A DNA stretch of 64,000 nt from Klebsormidium nitens. Taxonomy: Eukaryota; Plantae; Klebsormidiophyceae. The stretch is from the NCBI GenBank assembly GCA_000708835.1, contig DF237069.1:62001-126000 (forward strand). Reading direction: 5' to 3'. Numbering within the stretch: position 1 is the first letter of the stretch; each line of letters starts with the position of its first letter. The notes under the pieces are model-generated. The model saw only the letters and a list, made by a program, of their open reading frames with translations, ran no database searches and was not told where the DNA came from. Position numbers and translations under genes: made by a program. Shown one piece after another: positions 1 to 12,000 of the stretch.

Positions 1-3000
1 TTCTGGAGGGGGGGTGTACAACGTGGCAATCCAACAGGGGATCGGACTGGCGAGTGCTGCCCAGAGCACGCTTTCCGGTGACGGCATCAATTCCGTCGTC
101 GTGGCCGGACAAGCCTGCAACCTCACGCTGACGCTCGTCGACGCCAACGGAATCCTGCTGAGGAACGGAACCGCCACGAACGTGACCACCGTGGTGACGT
201 CAGCGAACGGCACGGACGCAGCACCGGGCGTCCGCTTCGCTGACGCACGCAACGGCCAGTACTTCGCCAGCTTCAGGCCCCTCGTGAGCGGAACCTTTAC
301 GGTTACCGTTTCCGTCAACGGCCAGCCGTTAGCGGCGTACCCCAACGGCTTTACGACAGCGGTGGCTTCCGGCGCAACGGATCCCCTAACGACGCGCGTT
401 GAGATTTCCCCCGCGACGGCAAAGCGCGTGCCCGGTCCCGTAGTCATCCGCATCCTTCCCCGGGACGCGAATTCAAACCCCCTGGACTACCTCATTGCGG
501 GCCTTGACGCCTTCTCCGTTGTCATAACCCACCCCGACAGCAGCACGGTCACCTTAACCGCCACCCTAACCCAACACAACGGGACCAACGCTTTTACGGC
601 CAGCTTCGCGCCCCTGCAAGTGGGCGCTTACAAAGCCCAGGTGCTGATGTGCAGCCCCAGCCGGCCGGAACTAGGCGCGGCGACAATCGGAGGGGCTGGT
701 TACGTCAGCGCTTTTGGCGTGACGTCAGGGTTGCCGGACGCGAGCAAGACGGAGCTGCACTGGCAAGCCCTGGCCGGCATGCAAGGCGTCACCCTGGCCC
801 GTGCGGGGATTCCCGCGCAGCTGCGCGTGGAGCTCAAGGACACCGGTGAGCGATTCAGTCGTCTTTCTGGGCTGCGATCCATTGAGAAAGGATATGCTTT
901 TCCTCTGGTAAGCGAGTGTGTGTGTGTGCGGGTGCATCTCAAAGACGAACTTCAATTGCACTGTTTCGAGTTTGTGATAGGTTCCCTACAATACTCTGTG
1001 AGCAGCAGAGTGGATCGTAAGAGGTCCATAAAGCCAGTTGGCGAAGTATCCCCTCAAAATCATCTAACCGTGTCTGAAGCACACTTTCAAACTGACTTCT
1101 GAGACTAAGCCGTTCTCAAACGTCAGAGGCAGCATCGAGGAGCAGCATACGCAGTGTTGTGACAATTGCAGCTTTCTTTTCTTATGTTGCAGACGCAAGC
1201 CTCAAAAGCTTCATTGCTTCTTTGAAATGTGCAGGGGGCAACCGCGTTTCCGTTAGCGATCTGAAGGCCAACCCTCCGACGGCTGCCGTCAGCGCGTCTC
1301 AGAACGCCACCTCCAATGCAACCGTGTCCTGGAACTACGCGCTTGATCCCCTCCTGGGCGACATCTACAACGGCACTTACGTGGCGGTCCAAAGCGGGGA
1401 CAGCGTCTTGGACTTCACCGTCACAAATAAGACCCAGCGCTTCCCCGGCCCTCTGGTGATAGCAGGTAATGCTTTGGAAAATCCATTGCACACTGTGACT
1501 AAAATTTTTTTTGGGTTAATTCGTACGACATCTACACAAGTATCTCGGTATCTAGTACCCACTTTGTTTTTGACGCAGGCAGACCTAGGTTAAGCACGTT
1601 TGTCAGGTCTCGTCGACATGGCCAGTCGCAGAAGAGAGTCGCAACGCGTTCTCTCAAAACGGGATGCGGTGACAATCGAGGGAAAATGCTTTCAAGGGCT
1701 TTGCTCTCGCATCGAGACCAGAGCCCCTGCTGCGTAAGATCGGCCGATTAAAAGGCGGTAGACAAAGGGGTGAACCTCCACGAAACAAAAACCCCTGAAC
1801 AAGTCCTTAGACCGTTTCCGTTTCCTTTCTACGCTTTTGCACGCTTTGGCTTTTCCTGGTCATCACTTTGCCTTTTTCCTGATACACCTTGTCAATGAAT
1901 TCTTCTCCGAAGCTCAAGGAAGGACACGTTAAGAAAGGAATGTGATTCTGGCCTGTTACGATTGTCGTTGTCTTGATTGTGTGAAGCAGAAACTTGGAAC
2001 CGATCGCTGAAAGCAGCTTGAGTAGTTCAAGTGAAATTTATGAAAAGCTGGTGCCTAAATGTTGCTTTTTTAAAACTTAGGTGAGCCTGGCAAATGACTG
2101 CATGTTGCTTTGGTATCTCAGAGGAATAGTTGATGTTATCTGGAGCGAAGTTCTGACCGTCCTTCCAATCGTTTCTGCGCAGGTGCCGTTTCGCCAGCCA
2201 ACAGTTCTGCCTCCGGCCCTGGCATCGAAACCCCGTCCTCCCCTCAGAGCGTGCAAGCCGGCGTGCGGTCCGTCTTCTCCATCTTCCCCAAAGACTTCTT
2301 CGGAAACGCGGTGCTTGAAAGCGGCATGAGCTTCCGGGTTAAGCTAACCTCGAACGGGTCACAGCCAGCTGCGCTCAACAGTGACTATGTCAACTTTGTG
2401 ACGGACCACTACGAAGTTGGATACACCCCCGTCAAAGCGGGCAACTATACGGTGAGAATACAAAGACTGCAGGTTGTGCCGTTGAGTGGATTGCTGGCCG
2501 CTTGTTGGTCGATCTTGTGAAGAAGACTCTTTCTTATTTCCTGACCTTGTGAAAGGACTCCATTCTGTGCTTCATTGCTACGTTTTTTAGTTTGTGCGTC
2601 GTGCCTCTTTGCTTTAGACCTAAATAAGGATTCTAATGTTCATTTAAAGCTGAGCTTTTCACACTTCCTGGAAACCCTGCTTTACACATCACTTGCTTAC
2701 TACTCATCTATACTTGCTGTCCTCCGTTTCAACTTCGGGTTGCAGAGGCTATCGTTTCTACAGTAAAAGAGCGTCTAGACTTTTAGCGTCTAGCTTAATA
2801 CCCATTCTGCTGCCGCTCTTTATCGAGATAACTTCAGGAAGATTTTCAACCAAGGCCGCACCTGGTGCTCTTCTTTAGCAACTACTGACTTGTACTTCTT
2901 AACCCAGGTCTCCATCTCCCGGTCCAACGTAGCCTTCGGCGGCGGCCCCTATTCCGTCACCGTCCTTCCGGGCTCCGCTTCCGCTGCCGCCTCCAAGCTG

Positions 3001-6000
3001 TCCCCAGACTCCACAGCCAACTGCTCCTCCGGAGGAACACGTGTCGTCACCGTACTGGCTTACGACGCCCTCGGCAACCCGGCCACCAGCACCGCCGACA
3101 GCTTCTCCGTCACCGTGACCGGAACGGATTCCGTTTCCGGTCAGATGACCCCTTCCGCCCCGGGGCAGTACAACTTCAGCTACCCTTGCGTCGCCGCCTC
3201 CAACCAGAGGAGCTTCCTGACGGTCGCGCTGACGTCAGGTTCCGACCCGGGCCCGGTGATCAGCAACCGGCCCCTGACAACTTTCCCGGGGCCTGTTAGC
3301 CCCGCCAACATCCAAGTCAGTCCCCCGGGCACTTTGACGGCCGGGGCGCCTTCCCCAGTCTCTTTTACCGCCCTGGATGCGAACAACAACCAGCTTTGGA
3401 CCGGCGGCCTCAGCATAATCTTGCAGGCTGCAATGGACGGCCATCCCCCGGTCGTCTTCCCTACCACCGACCGGGGCGACGGTACGTACCAGGCGGCGCT
3501 GGTGCTCACCGCCGCGGGGACGTATCACCTGAGCGCCAACGTTTCTGGGCAGCAGTTCTACCCGGGCGTGAATGGGAGTCAGTTCGTGTCCGTTCAGCCG
3601 GCCGCGCCCGCGCCCGCGCTGACGGCCGTCTCCCTACCGGCGAGCTTCACGGCCGGCGCAGCTAGCAGCTTCACGGTTCAGCTCCTCGACCAGTTCTCTA
3701 ACCCGGTCCTAACCAACCTGGTTAGCACGGCGAACCTGCAGCTGTCGTCCGTCTCCAGCCAGACCGGGTTATCTTCCCCGCTCGCCTCGACCGTCGCCCA
3801 GGACCCCTCGTCGGGAATTTACACCGTCGCATTCACACCGCTGGCGGCTGGGCTGCTCCGGGTTGCCCTGTCGGTGAACAACGTACCGGTTCTCAACCCT
3901 TCCACCCGGCAGCCATTCTCGACGGCCGTTCTGCCCGGCGTGGTGTCCCCCTCTAACTGTCGCGTAACCGGGGCGGGTTTCGTGGTGGGAGCCGCCTCCG
4001 GCGTGCCGGCCGGTTTCTTCATTTCGGCAAATGACGCCTTTGACAACAGCGTGGCTTCCTTACCCCCGGGCACTTCCTTCGACGTCACTTTCTCGGACCC
4101 AACTCTCAGCCTGAGCGCTCCCGTCAGCTTGCAAGGCAGCGGGGTCTACCTGGCTACTTACACGCCCACTGTTGCCCAGGTTACAGCAAACCCAACTCTA
4201 ACCGTTACCGTGGGTTACAACGGAACCAATATCGCCACGAACGCCGTCAAGGTCTGGCCGCAGCCCGGCCCCGTGTCCGTTGCCGCCTCTCGGGCCGTCG
4301 ACTTGAGCGGAATTCCGGTCGGTTCCGCTGTCAAGGGCGTCGTCGGAACGCCACTCCAGCTGTACATCCAGCCGCGCGACGCGTCGGGGCTCGACATCCG
4401 CAGCGCGGCCGCGGCGAATGTGTTCAGCGCGACCGTTCCGGACCTGGGGGTGCTCGTTCCGGTCCCGCTCACCGACGGAACCGGGCGCTACGTGCTCACG
4501 TTCACGCCCCCCCGCGCCGGCCTCATCGCAGTTCAGATCACGAGTTACACGGTGTCCTCTGAAACGCTCGCGAACAGCCCCGTGATGGCGCAGATCGCCC
4601 CGGGGCCGACCGCGGCCGCGACCGCGCAGCTCCTCCAGGCCGGGGGCTCCCAGCCGTTCTCCTCCGCCACCCCCCGGGTGGCCGGAGTGGATGACGTCAT
4701 CGTTGTCAAGTCTTACGACGCACAGCGCAACGCGCAGGTTTACAACGCGCTCGCGGGAGGTGACGTGTACGCGGCCGCGCTGACGGGCCCCGCGAACGTC
4801 AGCGCCAGCATGACGGACAACCAGGACGGCACGTACGCGCTGCGCTACACGGCGACTGTTACCGGCACGTACAGCCTCACCGTGTCGCTGCGAACTGGCG
4901 GGGTGTGGGCCCCCGTCAACGCTCAGCCGCTGCAGATTAGCGTGACCAACTCCGCTTTCAGCATAGCGCAGTGCTCCGTCCGGCCAACGCCTGCGCTGGT
5001 GACCACGGCGGCTTCGGGGGTGCCCTTGGTGTTCACGATCTTGGCCAGGTAGGTTCTACGGCAGCTATTAAAATATTGAATCGTATTGCGCCGCCTTGAT
5101 TCAAAGACGCAGCAAAGAGTCTCAAAAAGGATACATCAGCCAAACGAAGATGGTGCCAAACAGAGCCAGGAACGTATTGAGCAAATGACTGAGCACAAAC
5201 TAGCTGTATGGATAACTCTACATACTAATTCCAAGATCACGGAATCAACCAGATTGCAACAACTCGTGATCACCAGACCTTAAGATTTTTCAAGTTCCGT
5301 TCGCGCATCCAACATTGCCTTGGAAGCCGCCATGCCAAGCAGAAAACATCTTCTACAGCGTCATTCGCACACTCCTGCATCTGCTTTCACTATCTCATGT
5401 ACATCTTCTGATCCAAATAATGTATCAGGGACGGCTACGGCAACCCTTACACGACGGGCGACAAGTCGTTTGCGGTCCCTTCGAGCGGCCCCGCGGCTCT
5501 CCAGTGCACTGTGGCGCCCACGAGTGTCCCGTCCGAATTCCAGGCATCCTGCACCGCCGGCCCGGTGGGTACGTACCAGCTGACCGTGGCTGACGCCAGC
5601 GATGCCAGCGCGACGGTGCCCGGCACTCCCTTCCAGGTGACGCGCAGCGCTGCTTTTTCTACCATCTTGGCTCTCTCGATTTGTAATATTCTGTCCCTTG
5701 TTTCGGTAGATGCAAGAACGTTTTGGATTGGCGCCTTTTGCTTCAAATTTGTTGGCTTTGCCAACCCGCTTCTGTCATCCGCCGGCTCTGATTTGAAATT
5801 TGAAATCTTGGTTTTGTTTAGAATCACAAGAGGATGTCACCAGCTTCTATCAGTTCTCTTTTTGATCAAGCAGACGATCGCTTCAAGGCTGCACGCTTGC
5901 ACGTGGGCGCAGAGTTTGCCTTTGTCTAGCTTGCTTAAGCTAGCCGTTTATTAGCTGTATTCTAAGGTGCATAGTGAACGTGCTTCGCGGCCGCTCACTC

Positions 6001-9000
6001 CCTCTCTAACTCTCTTCCCTGCAGGTACAAGTCATTCCGGGAGCCGTTTCCGCCGCCACGAGCAGCGCCACCGGAACCGGTCTTTCTGTCGGCTCCGCCG
6101 GAAAACCGGCAGCTTTCGCCGTGACGGCAAGAGATGACGCCGGCAACATCGTCAGCAGCCTGCCGACCGTTTCTTTCGTGCCCAAGACCGCCGCAGACGC
6201 CACCAGTCTGCAGATTGCACTCACCGGTTGTGCAAACGACGGGACGAACTGCCAGGCGACCGTTACATACACACCGGTGCAATATGGGGACATCAAAGTC
6301 ATAATCTCGTACGGGACCATCGGTGAGTCTCTCGAAACTTTAAACAATAATTGATCAGAAGCCGTCCTTCGGAGCGAGGGCAAAATTTTAGAAGGCCAAT
6401 CAAGAGGCTGACAACGGGTATTGAACTTGGTATTGGGGGCCTCGTACTTCCATAAAGCCGGCCTATATCCAGAAAATGGCTTACTGGATGGTTCCAGGTG
6501 ATTTAGAAGGTACTTGAACACCTGAGCAACCCCCATACTTTGAATCCAAGAAGCTGCTGAAAGGCTCTGCTGACCTCGTTCCGTGCATCTTGGATAGGAA
6601 GCTTCCTCAAAATGCACATTGACTGACACTTTCTTTCAGTAGGCCTGCCGAGCCGTGCTTCCTCCAAACGCACTTTGCTTGACTCATTTGCATCCGGTGC
6701 AGTGGTGGGGACCTTCTCCCCGGTCATTTCCCCCGCACCCGCCCCCCAGCTGCTGCTCGCCCAGTTGACTCCCAGCCTGGGCGGCATCGTGCTTATCTTC
6801 GACCAAGACACCAACGGCGGCCGCTTACAATACTCCACCACGACAGCCGGCCTCCAAGGCACGTGCCAGAAGCTGCTCGATCCGGTAGTCATCCCCAAGC
6901 TCGGTTCCGGCACCGTTTACTGCACCTGGCAGAACCGGCGGAATCTCCTCATTACGCTCGGATATAACTCCACGATTCTCCCGGTCGGCAGCGCGGCGCC
7001 GGACGCGGTGACGATCCGTTCGGACGCGATCGCGAACGCGGCGTCCAACTCGTACGACGCGTCCGGTTCCGTTCCGCTCAAGGGCCCGGACACGGCGCCG
7101 GTGCCCGTGGCGAGCGTGGTGGCCCCGGCCGCGGTCGGGGTGTGCGACCCGGTCACGCTCAGCGCGGCCGCGACGGGCGGCGGCGGGCGGCCGCTGCATT
7201 ACAGCTACTACGTGCAGGTAGGATATTGCTATTTTGAGGAGCAATCAAATCATTTCGCGTCAGAAGCAAGTAAAATTTTTGCTGTGTTCTGAGCGGAAAG
7301 AAGAACAAACAGAAAGGAAGTTTGTGCAGGCTCGTATGTACTTCGACAAACGTCGAAATTTTGCACAGATTTGCCCTCCGAATGTCTTTCAGCTGATTGA
7401 CCGCCTGTGGTAAAAAGTGGCCGAAACTCTTGTTCAAAATTCACTTTTCGACAGACTTTGAAACGAGTATGTGAATCAAGAGCAACTCGAACGAAATGGA
7501 CCAATTATCATATTCCTGAGCCTGGACATGAAAGGATAGGCTCCACCGATCTGCTCCAAGACCCATGCTAATTGTTGCTGGTTCAGCATACTTCAATTCG
7601 CAAGTTTTGCTATTGCTGCAGAACGGCAGCATGATCTCTTCCTTACAATGACCCATTCTCGTATTTAATTAGCAAAGTCACACGTGCACAGCGGAAAATA
7701 TTCCCCGTCGGACTTCGTCTGCTTTCTTCTCAAGCCTCCGCTCTTGACAGGGCCCCAATGACGAGTACACCGCAGCCCTGACCACCAAACTCGCAAGCTT
7801 CACGGCTGCCGGAAGTTACTCTTCCATCACGCTAGCGTCCAACGACCTTGGCCCCGGCTTAACGTACACCTTCACCGTCACGGCGACCAACTTCCTAGGC
7901 GTCGCCAGCACGCCGGTCGCCGTCACCGTCGCCAAGCAGAGCGTTCCGGTGCCCATTCTCACTCTGGCCAACCCGACCACGGGCCCCGAGCGCCGCATCA
8001 CGTGGACGTCTAGCAACATGATTCGCGTGTCAGCGACCGGGAGAGTGCCCGGGAAGTGGGTATGGGTCAACGGCCAGTGCGTCCCGGGCGGCGGGAACCT
8101 GCCGCTGAAGTACACGTGGCAGCAGCTGAGCGGTCCGATCATCGATCTGAGCACGCTGGGAGGCAATATGGTCGCGCAAGTGACGACGGCGTCCTTTGCG
8201 TCGCCCACGCTGGTCATGCCCGGGAGCCTGCTCCAGGTCGGCTTCGACTACAGCTTCCAGGTGAGCGCGCGCGCGGGGCTTGTTGGCACATGGGTCCATC
8301 ATGCTCGCGCAGCTTTGAGATTGCCGTGCACGTAGATATCATGCAGATTCGTGGTCCGCGGAATTTGGGGTCCTTGTTTGCTCGCAAGAAAATTTCGAAC
8401 TTTCAAAATAACGTTTCTTCTTCATCCTTCTGGTATGTCATCGATATATTCCCTTTGCTCGACAGTGCCTTCTCGAAACCTCTTGCGATGCTGAAGCTCA
8501 AGCCTCCACAAAGCCGAGACAAAGCGCGCTACTCTAAGTGGTGAAGGTTCCCATGATCTGCTCCCTACCATTTTCTCACAGCTCTCTGCTTCTTTCCTTC
8601 TTGCAGCTGTCGTGCGCCCAGGTGGACAACACGACCACCACGACGGCCTCCACGGTGCAGGTCACGCTCAGCCTGCAAGCACAGCCCATCACGGTTACCA
8701 TCCCTGGCGGTATCACCGTGGTTAACGCCGCTAACCCGCTGGTCTTGGCGGTCGCCGCCAAAGATCCCGACCACTCGGTCGACGTCAGCGGGCGGCCCAT
8801 CCCCTTCCAGTACGAATGGAGCTGCGCCCAAACCCTGCCTGACGCGGCCGCGGCCGCGCTCTTCGAGAACGACGCGGCTAACAATTTTGGCCAGCAGCTA
8901 ATCATCCCGGGAGGGGTTCTGCCCAACGGAGTGTACACATTCAGTGTTCAAGTGAGTTTCATTCTGTCAACGATGGACGCGAATTATGAGCTTTGGTAGC

Positions 9001-12000
9001 AGCTTCTAGGCCGTTTACAAGAGTCAACCACTTCCTCTCCTCTTGGATTGATGCTCCAATTTTCTCCAGTTGAATCAGTGGATTTGGACCAAGGAAGAAA
9101 TCAGAGGTCTTAAAATGTTAAGTAGGCACGAGAATCGAGATCTACTTTTCTGTTTTCAAAGCTGTTGCCAAATTGCTGTTTCACTTTCTCAGAATTAGAG
9201 TGTCCCCCTTACTCCAGGTCTCCAAAGAGCCCCTCTCGAGCGGCCGCATCAACGTGGCTGCTTCCGCCACCGTCACGGTCGTTTCCGCTGCCGTCATCAA
9301 GATGGGCGTTTCCGTTCAGGGGAACGACATCTCCGCCGGAATCAGCGCGTCCCGCAACCTGCAGCTGACGTGCACTGCTGACATCGCCAACACCGTCTTC
9401 TCTTGGGCAATTACGTCAGCAGACGATCCACGCGCAATTGGATACGTTGCCAGCCAAGATGGTTCTCAGATCACCATTCCGCCCAACAGCTTCTCTTCCG
9501 GCCACACGTACGTCGTGACGTGCTCGGGAAACAGCACGTTCGGCGTTGGGGCGACCGGTTTCGCGTCACTCCCGGTCTCGGTCCTGGACATTCCTTCGGG
9601 CGGAACCATCTCCGGCACCTATTCGCAGGTGAAGCGTCAGAGTGCGCTCAGACAGCTGACTGCAATCACAGTAGTTCCAGAGGTTTCACATCCGTTCTTC
9701 AGATTGCTAGCGCAAATGGTTTTAAACGATGCCTCTTTCGTTTTGGCAGCGGTCCGAGACGCTTGACCCAATGCACATCAGCGAATACGGCACAATGTCT
9801 CCCTCTTCTGGTCTTCTCACACAGTTGCAGTCTGTATGTGCATTTCATTCTAACCATCTACTTACTTCTTTCGTTTTACCGCCCACCAACATTTGAGTAC
9901 GGCACCAAATCTCACTTTCCTGACTTCTTCCAAAAAGTCTCCGTCTGTTTGTGCCCTTCTGATTATCTGCTAATCTTCTGACATATCTTCCTGCGCAGCC
10001 CTTCTTCGCGGGCCTGAGCGTCTTCCAGGCGGCCGCGCTCAACTGGGTGCCCAGCGCCGACGCGCAGTCGGGCAGCCTGCAGTACCAGTTTCGGTACAGC
10101 GTCGCCTCAAGCATCTACGAGACCATCGTGTACGCGGGAGCCAGCAGCACCGCCAGCTTCATTCTGCCGGCAGGCCAGATCACGCTCATCGCATATATCA
10201 ACAACCCGGGGACGGTCGCGGCCGCCTCGCCTGGGGACCAGCCCACTGGAGCGAGGTGAGAGGAAAGTGTCCAGTCTATTTTCAGGTTCACCTCGCAGGC
10301 TTGCCTTTGAGAGGACTGTGGAAGAGGATCTAATGATTACTGATTTGCTTTTGCTCGTCTCGTACACTGCAAAGAAGATAGAACGACTCCTATTCTTGTC
10401 GTGCGGAGGAGCGAAAGCTTACGTGATCGATGGCGGAGTTAAGCAACTGCAGCTCGCGAGGAAACAAGCAATCTTAAAATCCAAAATCGACAAAAGGCGC
10501 TTTCGGTGTGAGGATCGGCTTGACTGTCGTTTACAGCAGCCTATCAATTCTTAGATTGAATCAAAGAAGAAGTGGATCATGAAGGCGGCACTCAGAAGAA
10601 GGAGGTGCACGCCTTCTGCGGTTGAAGCCCCAAATTCGCTTTAGCAATGGCGCGCGCTGTGTAGCTCTTTCCAAGCGGCCCTGCAAACCCGAACTGCAGA
10701 TTCACAGCCCCAACTCTTCAGCTTGACCAAATCCTCTGGCTAACCAATGCTGAAGCTTCCTCACTTATTCTCCCCAGGTTTGTCTACGGCTCCCTCACCG
10801 TACTGGAGTCCCTATCTGCCCCCTCGCGGCGCCTCCTCTCCTTAAAAGACCAGTCCGCTCGCTTCTCCCCTTGGGGCCGCTCTCTCCTCGACTTTTCCTC
10901 CGTCAATCACACCGTCGCCGAAACCAGTTACGAGTCCGTCTACCTCCCGGCGGCCTACCAGCCCGTCAATTACGCCGGCGTGCTGACGTGGGCGGCCGCG
11001 TGGGCCGGCGAGTTCGCGCCCGCGCAGCCGCTCGCGACGGGCTGCGGCGGTGGCAGCCAGCAGATGCGGTTGCAGAAGGCGGACGTCCTCAAAATCATTG
11101 CGGCGCTCGACCAGTCCGCGCCGCCGGCGTTTACTCCAAGTGAGATTTGAGAGCGGGGTTGAACTTTGGTTGTAATAGGAAGAAGGCTGAGCATTGAGCG
11201 GCGGGAAAGAAAGTTTTAGAAAGAGATGATGGTCAACAAGCATGCTAACGGCAGTCAACTTGACATGTGTTTCAAAGTGGCTTGTTGTCAGGTATGTGTT
11301 GCATTTGATCCAGACATTTTGTATCTGCTTTCAATCAAGCGGGTTCGAACGCTTGGCTACTGTTCGTCTTGCTCGAAGCGGCCCCGGGCGCATTTTGACT
11401 GATCGAACAATGCACTCCCCTTTCCAGGCATCGACAGCTCGCCCGGCGCCACGATCGCGGTCCAGCACGCGTGCGCGCTCGCGTCTCTGCTTTCCGTCCC
11501 TGACGAGGTCGCGCTCGCGGTCCTCCCCCCTGGCGCGAGCAACAACAGCCTCTCCGCCTCGGTCGCCGAAACGCAGCCCGCCATCCAAAGCGCGATCGTT
11601 ACGTTCCTGCCCAAGCTTCAGATGATTGCCCAATACGGGCTCGCCACGTCACCCTGCGGAGCGCCGCCAACGGCACCACCGTCACGTGCGATAACTACCA
11701 GTGCTTCACCGCGGCCGCCGACGCGCTGCTCAACGCGGTCGCGGCGCACTGCGGGGCCCAAACCCTGCCCAACCCCTGGTGGGCCGACGCGGCCGCGTTC
11801 GCGCCCGTCCTGCTGGCCAAGATATACGGCGACGATCCGACGGTCTCGAAGCCTGGATTGCGCACCAGCATGCAGGGCCGCACGTTTGACTGGACTGTGA
11901 TCCAGGCGGCTCCCAGCGATTCTTTCATACGAGCGACTGCGGGCAAGTTTGGCTTCTCGGTTCCTGTTTCCGGTGGGGGCGTGACGGCGTATGCGGTGGC

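Noticed and set aside
11335-11365. ggttcgaa within a small stem, resembling a tRNA T-loop
   Set aside because: No cloverleaf, A-box or acceptor stem can be formed.
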